Below, piece by piece: positions 23,864 through 38,451 of a DNA stretch of 64,000 bases (positions within the stretch are counted from its first letter, which is position 1; each line of letters starts with the position of its first letter). The DNA lies in the NCBI RefSeq assembly GCF_026210795.1, contig NC_089434.1, forward strand, positions 3,100,001 through 3,164,000, read 5' to 3'. The position numbers and the translations under genes were made by a program. The stretch comes from Rhizophagus irregularis (taxonomy: Eukaryota). The notes beneath the pieces are model-generated. The model ran no database searches. It was given only the letters and a program-made list of their open reading frames with translations, and was not told where the DNA came from.

Positions 23864-26800
23864 TTAAGCGGGCACACCCAAATATACTCTGCAACAGCGT
23901 TCGACCATCAATACATGAATCGGCAAACACATGTGAGTTGTTGTTACTTCCATGAAAGAAAGTACATGGAATTGATTAAGTACATCCCACATGATCTCAG
24001 TATTTTTCTTTTCATTTTTTGGGTTGTATAAAAGGTCAACCTAATTTTTAAAATAATTATTGTAAGGTAAAAAACAATATATAAAACTGATTAGACTGTC
24101 AAAAATATATTTACTTGAATAGTGTTAGATACAGTCTCATTATTGTTCACTTCGACAAGAAAACCCGTCGCTTCTGGTCGGAAATCATTGACAGGAATGG
24201 GATGATTCAAAACCATGCCGCATATTTTTGAACTTTGTCCATTTCCATCTAATGTCGGCTTGATATCAAGCGTTGTGTCTAAATTGACACTAAAAATGGG
24301 CACCTTGCCTTCTGTTACTTTGATCCATACTAAAAATAATATGATTTTAATAATTATGACTAGTTCACAATTTTATCATTGATAATAAATATCTGATTTT
24401 ACTTACAATTTTTTTCTTCCTGCGTCATGACACCAGTTTTAGTAATTATAATTTGTTTATAACCACCTATATGCTTATTAAAAGCGCATGTCCTGCCCCA
24501 AGTCTCTTTATATAAAGATTCTAGGCTTATTTGATTTTTGCTCTCATAAGTTGGAGTTGAGTAACTTCCAAGCTTTTTGCCCTCCATATCAACCCAAACC
24601 ATAACTAATCTGCGTTGATCAAAGCTAAAACCATACGACATGTGCAAAATTTTGTTGTATTCTATAAGTTCTCTTACTGGAGGTGCTTTCTTTATCAATT
24701 GAAACCCGACAGAAACAACAGATGGCTTTGGTAGAATAAAAAGTGGTCTATAAGATTTTGATCGTGTATATACACTGAAGGCCAAGTCTTTAAGAACAGG
24801 TCTTTGTCTAAATGGCCTAATACAATTTTCGCCGAATCGAACGACGTGTTCAATCGGTATGAGTTGTGGCATTACATAATTCAATATATTTTTTGTTGAG
24901 ACCGATTTCAATGATTTTTCAAGGGACGTGTAAAACTTAGCATAGCACTTGAATATGTCATAATAAGCCGTTAAATGATTAAATGGGTTGATAAGATAGA
25001 TCACAAGTTGTGTTTTCTCAAAATTAGCAATATGCGATGCCAATGAAGAACCTTATAAGAAGATTGATTACAATAAACAATTTTTTTCAAAGATTATCAA
25101 CATAAATGATATTAAAATTATTTAAATTTATTAACCTACCGAATTCTTCGCATGTTGATTTGTAACTGCGAATCATTCGATCTAACTCTGTTTCATTTCG
25201 ATTTTGTGCTAAAAACAAACAAATAAATATAAGGAAAATCGTTTATTTAAAGGAAAATAATTTTCTTATTTTTTAAAACTGTACTTACGTTTTAGACGAA
25301 TGGGTATAATACCTTGCTTGAAGTTGTAATTTGGATTTTGTATAATTCCAGGTTCGTGCATTCCTAACACACAGTGAAGCTATTGAAATGCAAATAGGTC
25401 ACAAAGAATTATTTTTTTTTAGTAACAAAATATATAGATAAATAACCGAAATTGGAATAAGTACCTCATACTGAACCCGAAGTTCGTTGAAAAAATTTTT
25501 CACATGATAATATAATGAATCGCCTTCTGGACAAAAGACAAAGTATTTTACGTCCTTTTTTCCGGCGAATGGAGTGAGATTGTGCTTATCCCAATACTTA
25601 ACAATCTCCGGAGAAGTCTCAATGAGAAATTTATCGGCACAAACGATTATATCAGGAGTCTTGAGCACCTGAAAATTAGACTCCACACCTTCGTTAATTT
25701 TGAATTGAACACCTAAAATAATATAACCAATCAATAATAGTAATTGTAGAAGAGACAAATATACGCACTTACCATTTAAATTATAATAATCTTGAACAGA
25801 CAGCGGCCCATTGACGGACAATTGTGGATGATTTTCTGGACGAGGAAATTTGACAGAAATTTTCTCGATAACATTCTTTAATGACATAGTAATTTCTTGC
25901 TGCTCTGACGGAAGAGCAGATGATGTAGGAAGATCTATAATAAATTAAAGAAAAAGTTAAAAAGCAAAATCTAGAAAATTAAATAATTATTTAACATATT
26001 TAATGCTTACCATCACTAAGATTTTCCAAAATTCGTCTACGTGTTTCAATAAATTCAAAAGTACTCTCGCCTTCTCCATGAATTCCTGCCCCAAAAGGAT
26101 ATGAACCACCTGCTATTTGTTCCCGAAGAAATTGTAATGCCATTTCGGATTGTGTATCATTGCAAACTTCGCAATCTGTTAAACGTCGAAGTTGTCGACG
26201 TTCACAAAGAACGTAAATATTAAATATCATACTTAGACGTCCAGCATTCAAAAAACCCAGCTCGCGGTGATTTGAAACTTTTGAATTCCCAATCTCATTT
26301 TTCCATTCAACCTCCGATTCATCATTTGATTCAATGTCAGATTCAGATTCACTTTCACAACTCTCACTAGTATAATCAATATCGCTTTCACTAGAGTAGT
26401 ATTCCAATTCCTCCTCATTACGCTTTTGGCTAGGTTTTAAATCATCGTCTGAAGTTTTAGGCTTTTTTGCTTCTAATACCCAAGCAGGTTCATAATCTGG
26501 AGTATAAAAGAAACCTCGTTTTCGCTTTTTACGATTAGTAGCTCGACAAAACTTCCCTCCAGGCATGTACTTAGTCATATCAACCTCGTTGTGGAACATT
26601 AATGGGGTGTAATCCTCCGGACAATATCTGAGCTTAACTTTACCAATTTCAAATTGAAGGTCACGATCGATTTGCTGTTGTCTATGTTTGGCTAAAGAAA
26701 TCTGATTTTGACCAACAGATGGAGAATCTTCATTAACTATAGATATATTGCCAGGCGTTTGATCGTTTGTTGTCGGCGAAATTGCCTGCGACTATTTAAT

Positions 26801-28624
26801 GTCAGTTTTTAAAATTTATTAGAAAGCCATTTGAATATGAATCGAGTATTTATTTGAACAGTTACTTACATCTTTATTATCACAATTGTCAAAATCGGCA
26901 TCGGTAATATCATCATACATATAGTAGTCAAATTCGTACGATCCAACGTCCATTCCCATTATTTCATCAGTTAATTCTGCGTCATTTTGTGGTGGTGGCA
27001 TTTGAATTTCATTGGATTGTATAGCGTCTGGTGGAGATGGGTAAGCTTTTGTTTCCAATGGCCTCTTCTTTGAGGACCGACCGGTACCCAAGTTATGCCC
27101 AGGTGAGCTAGCACTTGAAGTACCATTTCCCATTCCAGGAGTATTAGGTGTCATTGTATCCACACCAGGAGAGGTTGTGCCTAGGTCAACGGAATTTCTA
27201 AGCTTCAGAATCTGCACAGCTTCTTTTGAATGATCGTTATACGACCACCATTTGCTCGGCTTTAACTTTTGCTCAGATGAATAATCAACAAAGTTATTAA
27301 AAATTTCTGGAACCATTCCTGAATCTCGAGCCTCACAACGATAGATATTATTACTATCAGTTATAACATATACTCCTTTTGCAGGATATGGAAAGTCTTT
27401 GGTGAGATTATCGTGCGTGATTTGTACATGCACTAATGTAGGTATTGATGATTCTTCTTCCAAATTTGACAGGTCAAGACCAAATAGAGTTCTGAACTCG
27501 TTCAAGACAGCCGCGATATCATCAGCCTCATAACGACGATATGGTAAAAGATTTCCCCTTATACCCGAAGGCGCCAATAAGACTTTTACTACTTCTAGCT
27601 TTACTTCTTCCGACTTGGAAAAGTCAGAAGGTGCTAACGGCCTCAAACTTTGATATCTAACAACTGGCTTTACAACCAGATTAGTCGATGTTATGTGAAT
27701 ATTATATTTACAAGACAATATACTAGTTAAATATAAATATATATATTGATTTATTTATTTTTTTTTTAAAAAAAAAAAATTAGATATATTTAATTGAATA
27801 AATTAAATAATTAAAAATTGAAACATACCATTCATATATTTTTTGTTGAAACTTTGGAAATAAATGCAATTCTCCCATTGGAACTGCACCTTTCCCTATT
27901 AATGTTCTATTGTAAAAAAATAATGAAGCATTTGTTATAACATGATAACTGTAAATTCGGAGAGTCTGAGAATATGAAATATAAATACCGGCTTATTAAA
28001 TTTTTTATTGATCTTATAAAAAGGTCAAATTGTATTGCTGAGCTCTCAAAGTCTTCCCATGTGAAGGTTCCCTTTTCAGTAACTTCAAGGCCTATATATT
28101 GAAACGATAATTAATTCGGATAAATTTATAAAATATACACAATTTTAAAAATTAAACATAAAAATTACTCTCAAGCCTAGTTAAATTATCCAGGGTTGAA
28201 GGATGTTCTTCGGCGTCTTCAAGCCAGAAGACATATAACTCACGAACTAACATTTTATCAGTAAATAAAATTTCAAAGTTTTTTTCATTTTCGTCCTTGT
28301 ATTTCCACGTACATGGTATACCTTTCTCTAATAATACCATATAATTAACGACGATTGGATCGTCGATACGCGATATATTTTCAACTTCAGACGAAGGGGT
28401 AGAAGTGATAAATGAACGGAGTTGGTCTCCAGAACAAGAATAAGTATATTTACACCACCCCACTTTAATTATATTTGACTGGAAGTAAAAAAATAAAAAA
28501 TTATATATAATTGAAAAAAAATCAAAAAAAATCAATAAATTATTTAAATTATAAATACCACTGTAAGAACATTTGTTACAGCGGATTCAATCGGAGAAAT
28601 TTTGGTTAAACTGGAAGAATCCAT
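23864..28624 (-). CDS. MED13: Mediator complex subunit 13 (Ssn2/Srb9), multi-exon
   Basis: N-terminus MDSSSLTKISPIESAVTNVL; YPSPP motif; DITDADFD; WDKHNLTPFAGKKDVKYFVFCP; LHMSYGFSFDQRRLVMVW; C-terminal CLPIHV; GT-AG introns join the ORF-track fragments. Confidence 0.85.
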
Positions 28625-28951
28625 ACTGTTGCTAGCTTATGTGATATAATGGAATAGTTCTCAGCCAGTGTTCTTTTTGCTGAAGAAACGAAAATGACAA
28701 ATTCTTAAATATTAGATGCAAATATTTCAGTCTTTGAGTATAACTTTAACCGTATTACAAAAAATTGGGGCTATCTGCTATAGTACAAAAAAACAGTGCC
28801 TTTTTGAAAGTTATCTAAATTGACACACCTGCGACGATTTCTTAATTTCATTCGCATTTTTGATGATTAAAGTTGATTTAGTTGGTTACACCAATTAAAT
28901 AATTTTCCTATAATAATGTTTTTTTAATCAAATTTTCTCGTTAAAATAATA

Positions 28952-30438
28952 ATGGCACAAAATGTATTTATTGTAGCTGCAAAACGTAATGTTTTGTTTA
29001 TTATAATATTTGTCATTTTATAATTAATTATTTAATACTATTCATTTAATTATTTATAGGAACGGCTTTCGGCGCTTTTGGTGGCTCTCTGAAGAACTAT
29101 ACAGGTATTGATTCTCTTTAATATTGATTTGCTAAATAGTTAAACTTTTTATTAAAATTATTTTTTAACTTATTAGCAACTGAACTTGGTGGAATAGCTG
29201 CAAAAGCAGCTATTAATACTTTGCCGAAGGATGTTCCAATTGATTCAGTGATATTCGGTAATGTTTGTCAAACCGATAATGCTGCAGCTTATTTAGCTCG
29301 TCATGTTAGTCATCGCGCTAGTTTACCTACTCACGTACCAGCATTGACTATAAACCGATTATGTGGTAGTGGGTTTCAATCAGTTATTAATGCTGTCCAA
29401 GAAATTCGCGTTGGCGATTCAAATATTGTGTTAACTGGTGGTACGGAAAGTATGAGCAGATCTCCTTATACTCTTAGTGATGTACGTTGGGGAACTCGTT
29501 ATGGAGTAGACCTTAAGTTAGAGGACTCATTAGCTGCAACTCTAGTTGATCAATATCCTACAAAGACACCTATGGGTATTACGGCTGAAAATTTGGGCGA
29601 GAAATACAATATTACTCGTGAACAAGCAGACGAATACGCGCTTAGTAGTCAAAAACGTTGGGCGGCTGGTTAGTAATGATACTATTGTTACTTGATTTTG
29701 TGTTTATTAAAGGATTATCGTACATTTTTTAATTATCTTTACACTAAATAGCCAATGAAGCTGGGCGATTCAAAAAAGAAATTGTCCCGATTGAAATTAA
29801 GACAAAGAAGGGTGTTCAAGTATTTGATACAGATGAACACCCTCGTCCCAACGTCAATATTGAATCACTGGCAAAGCTTCCTTCAGTGTTTAAAAAAGAT
29901 ACTGGTCTCGTTACTGCTGGTAATGCGTCCGGTATAAATGATGGAGCAGGAGCAGTAATTGTTGCTGGCGAGAATGCCATAAAGAAATATAGCTTAACTC
30001 CTTTAGCGAAAATCGTTAGTTATAATGTAACGGGTGTTGAGCCTACTATTATGGGAATCGGACCGGTTCCCGCTATAAAGAGCGCTTTGGAAAAAGCCAA
30101 TCTAAAACTTTCTGATATTGGAATCATTGAAGTCAATGAAGCTTTCGCTGTTCAATATTTAGCTGTAGAAAAGGAATTAGGATTAAATCGTCAAATCACA
30201 AATACAAATGGAGGTGGTATTGCTATAGGTCATCCACTTGCTGCATCGGGCTCTCGTATTTTAGCGCATTTGGTTAGCGAACTACATAGAACAGAAAATC
30301 AATATGCCATTGGATCTGCTTGTATTGGCGGTGGACAAGGTATTAATTACTTAGTTCTTTATTCACTTTAAAAATCTTTTAACTAAATTTATTACGTCTT
30401 TTCTAGGCATTGCAATTATTCTTGAACGTGTAAAATAG
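28952..30438 (+). CDS. 3-ketoacyl-CoA thiolase / acetyl-CoA acyltransferase (ACAA2-like), multi-exon
   Basis: MAQNVFIVAAKRTAFGAFGG; INRLCGSGFQS (catalytic Cys); NASGINDGA; NEAFA; GHPLAASG; ACIGGGQG; ends LERVK*. Confidence 0.95.
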
Positions 30439-30849
30439 AAAGTCCGAATGTTTTCCATCAAAAGGTGCATTACATAGAGATTACATTAAACTGTTGACTT
30501 ATATTTATAATAAATTCGGGAATGTAAAGAGTATTATTAAGTGTAGATTTATAAATATTATAAAATGTATAATTTTTTGAGGATTTATTTCACACAAATG
30601 CGTTAGGTTAGGTTACCTCGTTTTTGCCGTTTTTGCTAGTGATGGGGGAAATTAACGGTTATAACATTTATAACATGGTATATACTCTAAAAAATATATA
30701 TATCACATTATTTACCATCACTAGACTTTCTACCGCTTTTTCTGAGAGAAAGAAACGTTATTTGTCACCGTCATATGACACACCCGCCTTTTTGCAGAAG
30801 ATTACCCCCAAAGCATAAAATTTTTTATTATCTTTTATAGATTAATAGA

Positions 30850-32705
30850 TTATCTAGTACCATTAATTTTTCCAGAGGATCTAATTCTTAATATAACTTT
30901 CTTCATCCATTCTTCTCCTTGCATTTCAGTTAATCTTGAAATTGCTCTTTTAAAAGCAAACTTTTCTTCCTCACCCGTAAATATAGGCAAATTTTCGTTT
31001 TGTTCATCTTTACCCAAATGAAATTCAACATCACCAAATATCGTATGCTGGATACCTTCGGGATGCAATGGAGATTTTTCATTGAATAAATCATGAATTG
31101 GTGTATCTGCCGAACAAATTAATATTGCCTAATTTAAAGAAGATAAATTTAAAAACTACGAAAATAAAAAGAAATAAATATCCGAATTAAATCATTACAT
31201 TACCTTTTTATCATATAAAGCATCAATAAGTGTAATAAATCTTCTTGCTTCATTTCTTAATGCAAAATTCATTTGTGGAATATTAGTTAAAATAATTACA
31301 TTATAATATTTCATTAATTCTAAATAATCAGCTGAACTTAAAGATCGACAACACAATTCTCGAAAAGTAAATTTCGCTATATCATTACATGATTCCGGTA
31401 CAATTAAAGATCTACCAAGAAATCTCAATTTTCTTTTCGTAACATGATCATTTTTTGTTAACGTTTTAAATATATTATTTATGGATTCTGAAGTTTGAGA
31501 ATTCAATGGATAAAAGTAAGCTCGAGTTGTTTCTCTTGCAAGTTTACGATAATCTTCACCAGAATCAAGCGTTTGAATTTGACATTTTTGTTTTATAAGT
31601 TCAATGCACGGAATAAAACTTTTTCGTTGTATTCCATTTTTATAAAGGTCATCAGGGTGTCTATTTGAAGTAGTTACAATAACCACATCACGACTAAATA
31701 ATTCATCAAAAAGACGACGTAAAATCATAGCATCTGCAATGTCTGTTACTTGAAATTCATCAAAACAAAGAATTATTGCATCGTTTGCTAGATCTGTTGC
31801 AATTCGTGGTATTGGATCGTAAGTTTCATAATTTGCTTGTTTCAAACGATAAATACGATCATGTACATCTAGCATAAAAGCATGAAAATGTACACGACGT
31901 TTACGTTTCGTTAGTAAAGTATCGTAGAAAAGATCCATCAACATGGTTTTTCCTGATCCTACATCCCCATATAGATATAATCCTTTTGGACTATTAATAG
32001 TTCTACTTTTAGATAGTGCGCCAAATAATTTAAATATCTATAATGCAAGATAAGAAAGAAATATTAACTTCCTATCAACTTATAAACTAATAACAGTTTA
32101 ATTACCTTGCCAAAAACTGATCCACTATCTACTTCATCTGTTGCATCAGTAATAAGTGGTGGATCATAATTCAATAGACGATCGTGCATATCTTGTAAAA
32201 TATTTACAATGCTACGTTGAAATGAATCTTCTCTTACCATTCCTGAGGCAACAAGTGCATTATATCGTGAAATGGGTCCAGCTGTATAGCAAATTATAAA
32301 ATTGTTATTCTCAAATTTATTATATTATATAACTAATTAGGTAATTTGAATTTATTGTTTACCGTTCGATATTGAAGTGTTTTCTAATAAATAATTAGCA
32401 TCTAAAGTCCTTAAATTGTTTTCACTAACAAATGGACCTACAGAAGAATAGTTATCTGCAACAATTTCGAGGTTTCCATTAGAAGTTGCTAAAGAGCTCT
32501 TTGAATATCCTTTGACCTTAAACCTAATGGTGCGTGATTTCAGTGTGTCCTGTGTTTTTAAAACAGAATACTTTCTAAAAATACAAGAGTATCGTGCATT
32601 AAAAGTCGATCTACCATGATATTGTATTGTCCTATTCAATCTAGAAAAAGAGTAAGAATAAGCAAAAGTTCGAGTTAATTTACTAAGGTTTTCTATTGTG
32701 GTCAT
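30850..32705 (-). CDS. AFG1: AFG1/LACE1 (ZapE-like) mitochondrial AAA+ ATPase, multi-exon
   Basis: Walker [74 protein letters not shown]; basic targeting-like N-terminus. Confidence 0.95.
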
Positions 32706-32933
32706 CGGTTCAGATTAATAAAAAGAAAGACGCTTCAAGTGTTTTTTTTAAGTGTATTTACTGCATCCATTTTTAATTTAGTGTGGAAAATCTATTCTTA
32801 TTATAAACTTAATCAATAAATTTCTCAATATTTCTAGCAAATTCTATTAATTGAATATAAATACTGTACATACTGTACGGAGTTCAAATTTATCAAATTT
32901 CCTATATAAGTTACTTCAACATATAAAGTTATA

Positions 32934-34560
32934 ATGTCTGTTCGTTGTTTTTTTGATATCGATATTGGTGATGTGCGCGAAGGTCGAATTGTCTTCGAAT
33001 TGGTAAGACGAAAAAATTTTCTTTGATTGAAACACGAAAGAAAGCGCGAGTTTATGCACTTTAACGCGTTCATGTGTCGTTTATTAAATAGTTTGACGAC
33101 CTTATACCAAATACTGTTGAAAATTTTCGCGCGCTCTGTACAGGTAAAACCACATTACCATAATTAAGATAATGATAATTTTTAAACAATTTCTCAATTA
33201 ACAATATAATTATTAAACTTTACTAGGAGAGAAGGGTATTGGTAAATCCGGTTACCCACTGCATTATAAAGGTAGCACGTTTCATCGTGTGATCAAGGCA
33301 AGTTTTCAAAAATATTTTGATATATTCTTTTTTATGTAATTTTTTTCTTATTTGTCTCATGAAATAGGGTTTTATGATTCAAGGTGGTGATTTCACCAGA
33401 GGCGATGGTACGGGAGGTGAAAGTATTTATGGAGACAAATTCGATGGTTTGTAAATTCGATTTCTTTAGTAAATTTACTTTTAGCTTCATTAACTAACCT
33501 TGATATTCTTATAGATGAGAGCTTTGACGTGAAACATGACGAACCTTTTCTATTGTCGATGGCGAATGCTGGTCCAAACACGAATGGTTCTCAATTTTTC
33601 ATTACTACGGGAAAGGTATTATAGAACTTCATTGTTTGATTCTTTTCCTCAGGCTTACGATAGTTTATTCACTTTCATTCAGGCGACACATTTAGATGAC
33701 AAACATGTGATATTTGGTAGAGTATTAAAAGGTAAATCGGTAGTCCGAGCCATTGAGAATAACCCAACTGGAACTAATGATAAGCCGATAAAGAAGGTTA
33801 CAATTGTTGATTGTGGAGAATTGAAAGAAGACGAAGATGACGGCGTACCAGTTCCAGCGGATGGCGACACTTACGAGGATTGGCCCGGTATTATCTCTTT
33901 AAAATTTGAATTTATTATTATTATAATTATTATTTGTTAACTGAAATATAAAATTATTTTTCACTTTTATAGAGGATGAATCTGGATCTTTAAAACCTGA
34001 AAAGTTGTTAGAAATTGCTCAAAAAGTTAAAGATATTGGAAATGATTATTTCAAAAAAGGAGATTATTTGAACGCAAGTAAGAAATATACCAAGGTATCA
34101 TAAAAGTTGAAATTTTATTTTTATTTTATTTTCTTCTTATGATTGATTATTTCTTTTTTATTAGGCAATTCGTTATTTGAATGAGAAAACAACATTTGAA
34201 GATGATGATCCACCAGAACTGGAAAAGAAATTCTATTCACTTAAAATCTCATGCTATCTTAATAAAGCTGCATGTTCACTTAAATTGCAAAATTGGAAAA
34301 ACGCCGTTGATGATACTACCATAGTACTTGAAATGTCACCAGAATATCTGTTGGACGCAGATAAGGCTAAAGCATTGTATAGACGTGGTAGTGCTAAAGT
34401 TGGTATGAAAGATGAGGAAGAAGCTGTAAAAGATTTACAACAAGCATCAAAATTAAATCCTCAAGACGCTGCAATCGCGAAAGAAATAGCTATTGCTAAA
34501 CAAAAACTCAAAGCTCGTGAAGAAAAACAAAAGAAAGCATTCGCAAAAATGTTCGAATAA
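32934..34560 (+). CDS. CPR6: Cyclophilin-40-type PPIase with C-terminal TPRs (Cpr6/PPID), multi-exon
   Basis: [70 protein letters not shown] region KALYRRG; ends KAFAKMFE*. Confidence 0.93.
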
Positions 34561-34601
34561 AACTTGCATTCAAAATAAAATTTTATTTTTTTAAAAATAA
34601 T

Positions 34602-35983
34602 TTATTTCTTTTTCTTGTTCTTTAAAGAAGCATTTTTTGTTTTCATGGAATTATTATTTTTAAACGTCACTAATGTTTCCTTAACTCTTTTAGTTTGTTT
34701 TGATGCCGATGAAGTATCTAATTTCTCAGGAAATCCGATTTTTTTTTGAATAATGGGTAACTGAAAAATTAAATTTTGTCCAATACTAAACGTACTGGAT
34801 GATAACCAATATAAGCAAATTGCCTAAAAAAACAAGAAATTAATAATCAATACAAAAAAAAACCGAATAAATTTAATTGCTAAATTTACCATAGGTGCCT
34901 GAGAAGCGACAGGTATCATTAGTATGGATAACCCTCTACTTAAGTTTTTTAATATTTTCGACCTAAGACTTGGTTGAGATTTAGTAAACCATGAATGTAT
35001 CTAAAAAAAAAAAGTATGTTTCAATTTTTTTGAACGGATTAAAATTATGTAAATTATAATTTAAAATTACCTCAATATTAAGAAGATTTGTAAGTCCTAT
35101 GGCTAAGGGGAAAATATATAAAGGATCTGTTTGCGTTAAATCATTAAACCATAATATCCCACCATTTATTAGTGTATCTGTTGATATATTATCAACGGAG
35201 GTAATATTAGTTATAATGTCCACTTCTGATGTAGAGCCGATAATAGTGTTTTCAGGAATAGTTGAATTTGATTTTGTGGAATCTACCATATGCCTTATAG
35301 TTAGTGAATTACTTATGAAAAGCGGTATTTGTACCCAAGGTAATAAATAGTTCCTTATAGGAAAACATTTATTTGCTTTATATATTTCGTTTATTTTTGT
35401 TTTAAACTATAATTATATAATTAAACATTAATAATAATAAAGGAAAACAAAGTTATATATAACCAACCTTTTTTGTCAATTCACTTTGAAATTCTTCATA
35501 AGTCCCATTTCGCTTTTTAACTTCTCTCACAACCTCATGTTTAAGTCTTTCAAATATCTCCATTATTTGTGGCTGCAAAGATAATATTTTTGCACCATTT
35601 TTTTGTTGAATAATGGCAATGGGCAAAGTTAAAAAGGTTCGGAGTAAAATTGTTGATATTAATATAGTTGCCCACCAAGGAAGAACTGTCGAATTGTGTA
35701 TAAATTCAAGAATAGATTGGTTAAATGATATTATGGAATTAACATCATTTGTAGGTAAATTTTCAGGTAAAGTATCGGCTATGGAAGGATAAGAAAAATC
35801 TACTATTTCATTTGTATTTGAATTTGTTAAAGTTGAAGTTGAGGAAACATTTCTTTTATTTAAATAGATAATGCTTTTAACTTGTGGAATTCTATTATGT
35901 CGAAATGAATTATGAAGAAATGGATTATTTAAAAATGAAGTTTGTTGCAATTTTCGTGGAATAATTTTACAAAACTTGAGCAT
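34602..35983 (-). CDS. COX18: Cox18/Oxa2-like YidC/Oxa1-family mitochondrial insertase, multi-exon
   Basis: HNSTVLPWWATILISTILLR; LPWVQIP; GGILWFNDLTQTDPLYIFP; AICLYWLSSSTFSIGQN; presequence-like N-terminus. COX18 versus OXA1 is a judgement call. Confidence 0.8.
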
Positions 35984-36121
35984 AATTTTGAATAAAAAAT
36001 TCTAAATCGTAACCTTTTTCTTTTGATGCTTTAAATAATCTTGCCTTTCTTGGAAAAATCTAAAAAAATATATATGTTCATGTGACATTTCCTAGTTGTA
36101 TTTTAACTACTCCACGAAAAA

Positions 36122-38313
36122 ATGGAGAACGATAGTGAAGACGACATTGACTCTAGAGAGTCTCAGCAAAGTTCAGATGCTGAAGCCCCTGATCGCTCTC
36201 CATATTCTGAAGGTATCATAAAAACTTTTGTTCTTCAGTAAGTTTTTTCTTACCTGAATCTCTGACGCGTTTGTCCTCTCTTTTTAGAGAATTTAGACTT
36301 AGAAGACGTGGTTGCTCCTTATAGCTTTTCGAGTACAAACGCTGCCGCTACCCACACAAATCGTACACTTCAGCCGTTTGCAGCTGATTGTAAAACTTAC
36401 GATATTGTACCATATGTAGGTTATATTTCTCTGTAAAGCATTTATTTTAAATGATCTCAATAAACTTCTGAATGTTTAGGTAGCGGCTATACATGCGTGT
36501 CAAATTTATGCACTTGATGCGACAAGAAACATGCGTTGGGTATTTACTGGTGGTGATGATGGTTTTGTAAGGAAATACGATTTTTTTGCTTCAATGGGAG
36601 GCAAAACGTTATTAACGCAAAATCAAAAACATACTCAAGTGGAATCTGTTCAAAAGGTGCGATAGGGTAATTATTATTCTTTGATTTTAAATTATCGAAA
36701 TACATTATAAATTTTTAATGAAAATATAGGCAGGTGTAATCCCTTCATATTGGGAAAATGAAGAGCAACCATTACCACCTGCAACTCCTAAGCCTGGTAA
36801 GTCGAGATAATTAATTTAATCTCTAAATAATATGGTTAATTTATTTTTAACTTATTAGAAAAGATAAACGGACCCACAGAAGATGGTACAACTCCAACAA
36901 GTGTCATTGAACCTCCAGTTCAAGAACTAAAAATGTCACCAGTTTATAGCCTAGCGGTTCAATCTGAAGCCATTTGGCTTTTAACGGGAATGGAGGTAAG
37001 CTTTTTCTATAATGAGAGGTCACATATAGTGCAGTGAATTGTGATTGCATTAATCACCCGATAAATCGGGTTTACTTTCTTCGTTTTGTCATTAAAGTTT
37101 AAAATAACACGTGTGCATCCAGAGCGGCGCAATTAATTTATTCACTGTCAGACATGAAGAAGGAAAATGCCATCATGTCTTACGACAACATAAAGCTCCA
37201 GTATCTGTTTTAAAAATAACACAAGATGAAACTGGATGTGTGAGTGGTTCTTGGGATAAAACAGTATTAGTAAGTTTATCTTTTTTGAAATTTATTATTC
37301 TTTGATTATTTTTATTTATTTATTTGTATAATTTAGCATTGGGACCTTAACACTGGTCAAGTCGTACGCGAGTTTTCTGGTCATAGTTCGCAAATTAGTT
37401 CCATATCATTTCGTCCATTTACAAACACTTCTTCTCGAACATCTGGGCAAAGTTCCCCCGCATCATTTGATCCACTTTTCGATGAACCGGAAGATATGCT
37501 AACGCATTCCAACGACGTGTTGCTTACAACAAGTATTGATGGTAATTGTTTTGTATGGGATAAAAGGGCAATGAACTCTATTCCAAGAAAAATGCCACCG
37601 CCTGAGAGAACTCCTCCGTGGTGTTTATCGGTATATTTGAATTTTTTTTCTATACTTGTAATATCATAATTATGACACATTTAGAATATTTAGAATCTTT
37701 CATTATTAATTAGGCATGTTGGAGTGCGGATGGTAATAAAATCTATTGTGCTAGACGTAATGGCACTGGTGAGCAATTTATGAATATTACAGGCCATTAA
37801 AAATTAGTATCATTTTTTAATTTTCTAATTTTATATCAAGTTGATGAGTGGGATTTTGTATCCGGAAAATTTATTCGTTCGTTTAAAATGCCAAGTGGAT
37901 CGGGTCCAGTGTCTTATGTATCAAGTATGCCCAATGGAAAACATATTATTTGGTAAGTCTTAATATTTTGAGTATTTTGAGACAAATTTTAATTTCCTTT
38001 ATTGCAATATATAGCGCTTCTACAGATAATATAAGACTGTGGAATGTTATGGATGATTATGAATTATCTAAATCGGCTGTACCGTTCTTAATTGTACCTG
38101 GACATCATGGAGGAACAATTTCTCAAATATGTATCCTCTTATTTCTTCACATATATAGTTTTCTTGGCTATATTACCCTTAACTTTTGTTCCATTTTTAT
38201 TTTAAGTAATTGATCACGATTGTCGCTATATGATAACAACTTCCGGTAATAGAGGTTGGGAAGGATCAAGTACTGAAACTGCTTTGTTTTATGAAATATT
38301 ACCAGTCATTTAA
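36122..38313 (+). CDS. SPT8: SAGA complex WD40 subunit Spt8, multi-exon
   Basis: Acidic N-terminus; YDIVPYVAAIHA; TGGDDGFVRKYDF; SPVYSLAVQSEAIW; SGSWDK; PPWCLSACWS; VPFLIVPGHHGG; TSGNRGWEG. Confidence 0.9.
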
Positions 38314-38451
38314 TAATTTCTGAATTATATTAATTAAGAATCATTTAAATATTAAATATAAGTAATATGTGTTTGCATTTATTTAAGAGAATGAGAATGG
38401 AATATTAGGTTCATAAAAAGCAAATAAACAAATATTAATTAGAACTTCAAT

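Noticed and set aside
30850..32705. Bacterial ZapE-like gene as a horizontal transfer
   Set aside because: Intron-containing, with a targeting-like N-terminus; AFG1 is an ordinary eukaryotic mitochondrial gene.
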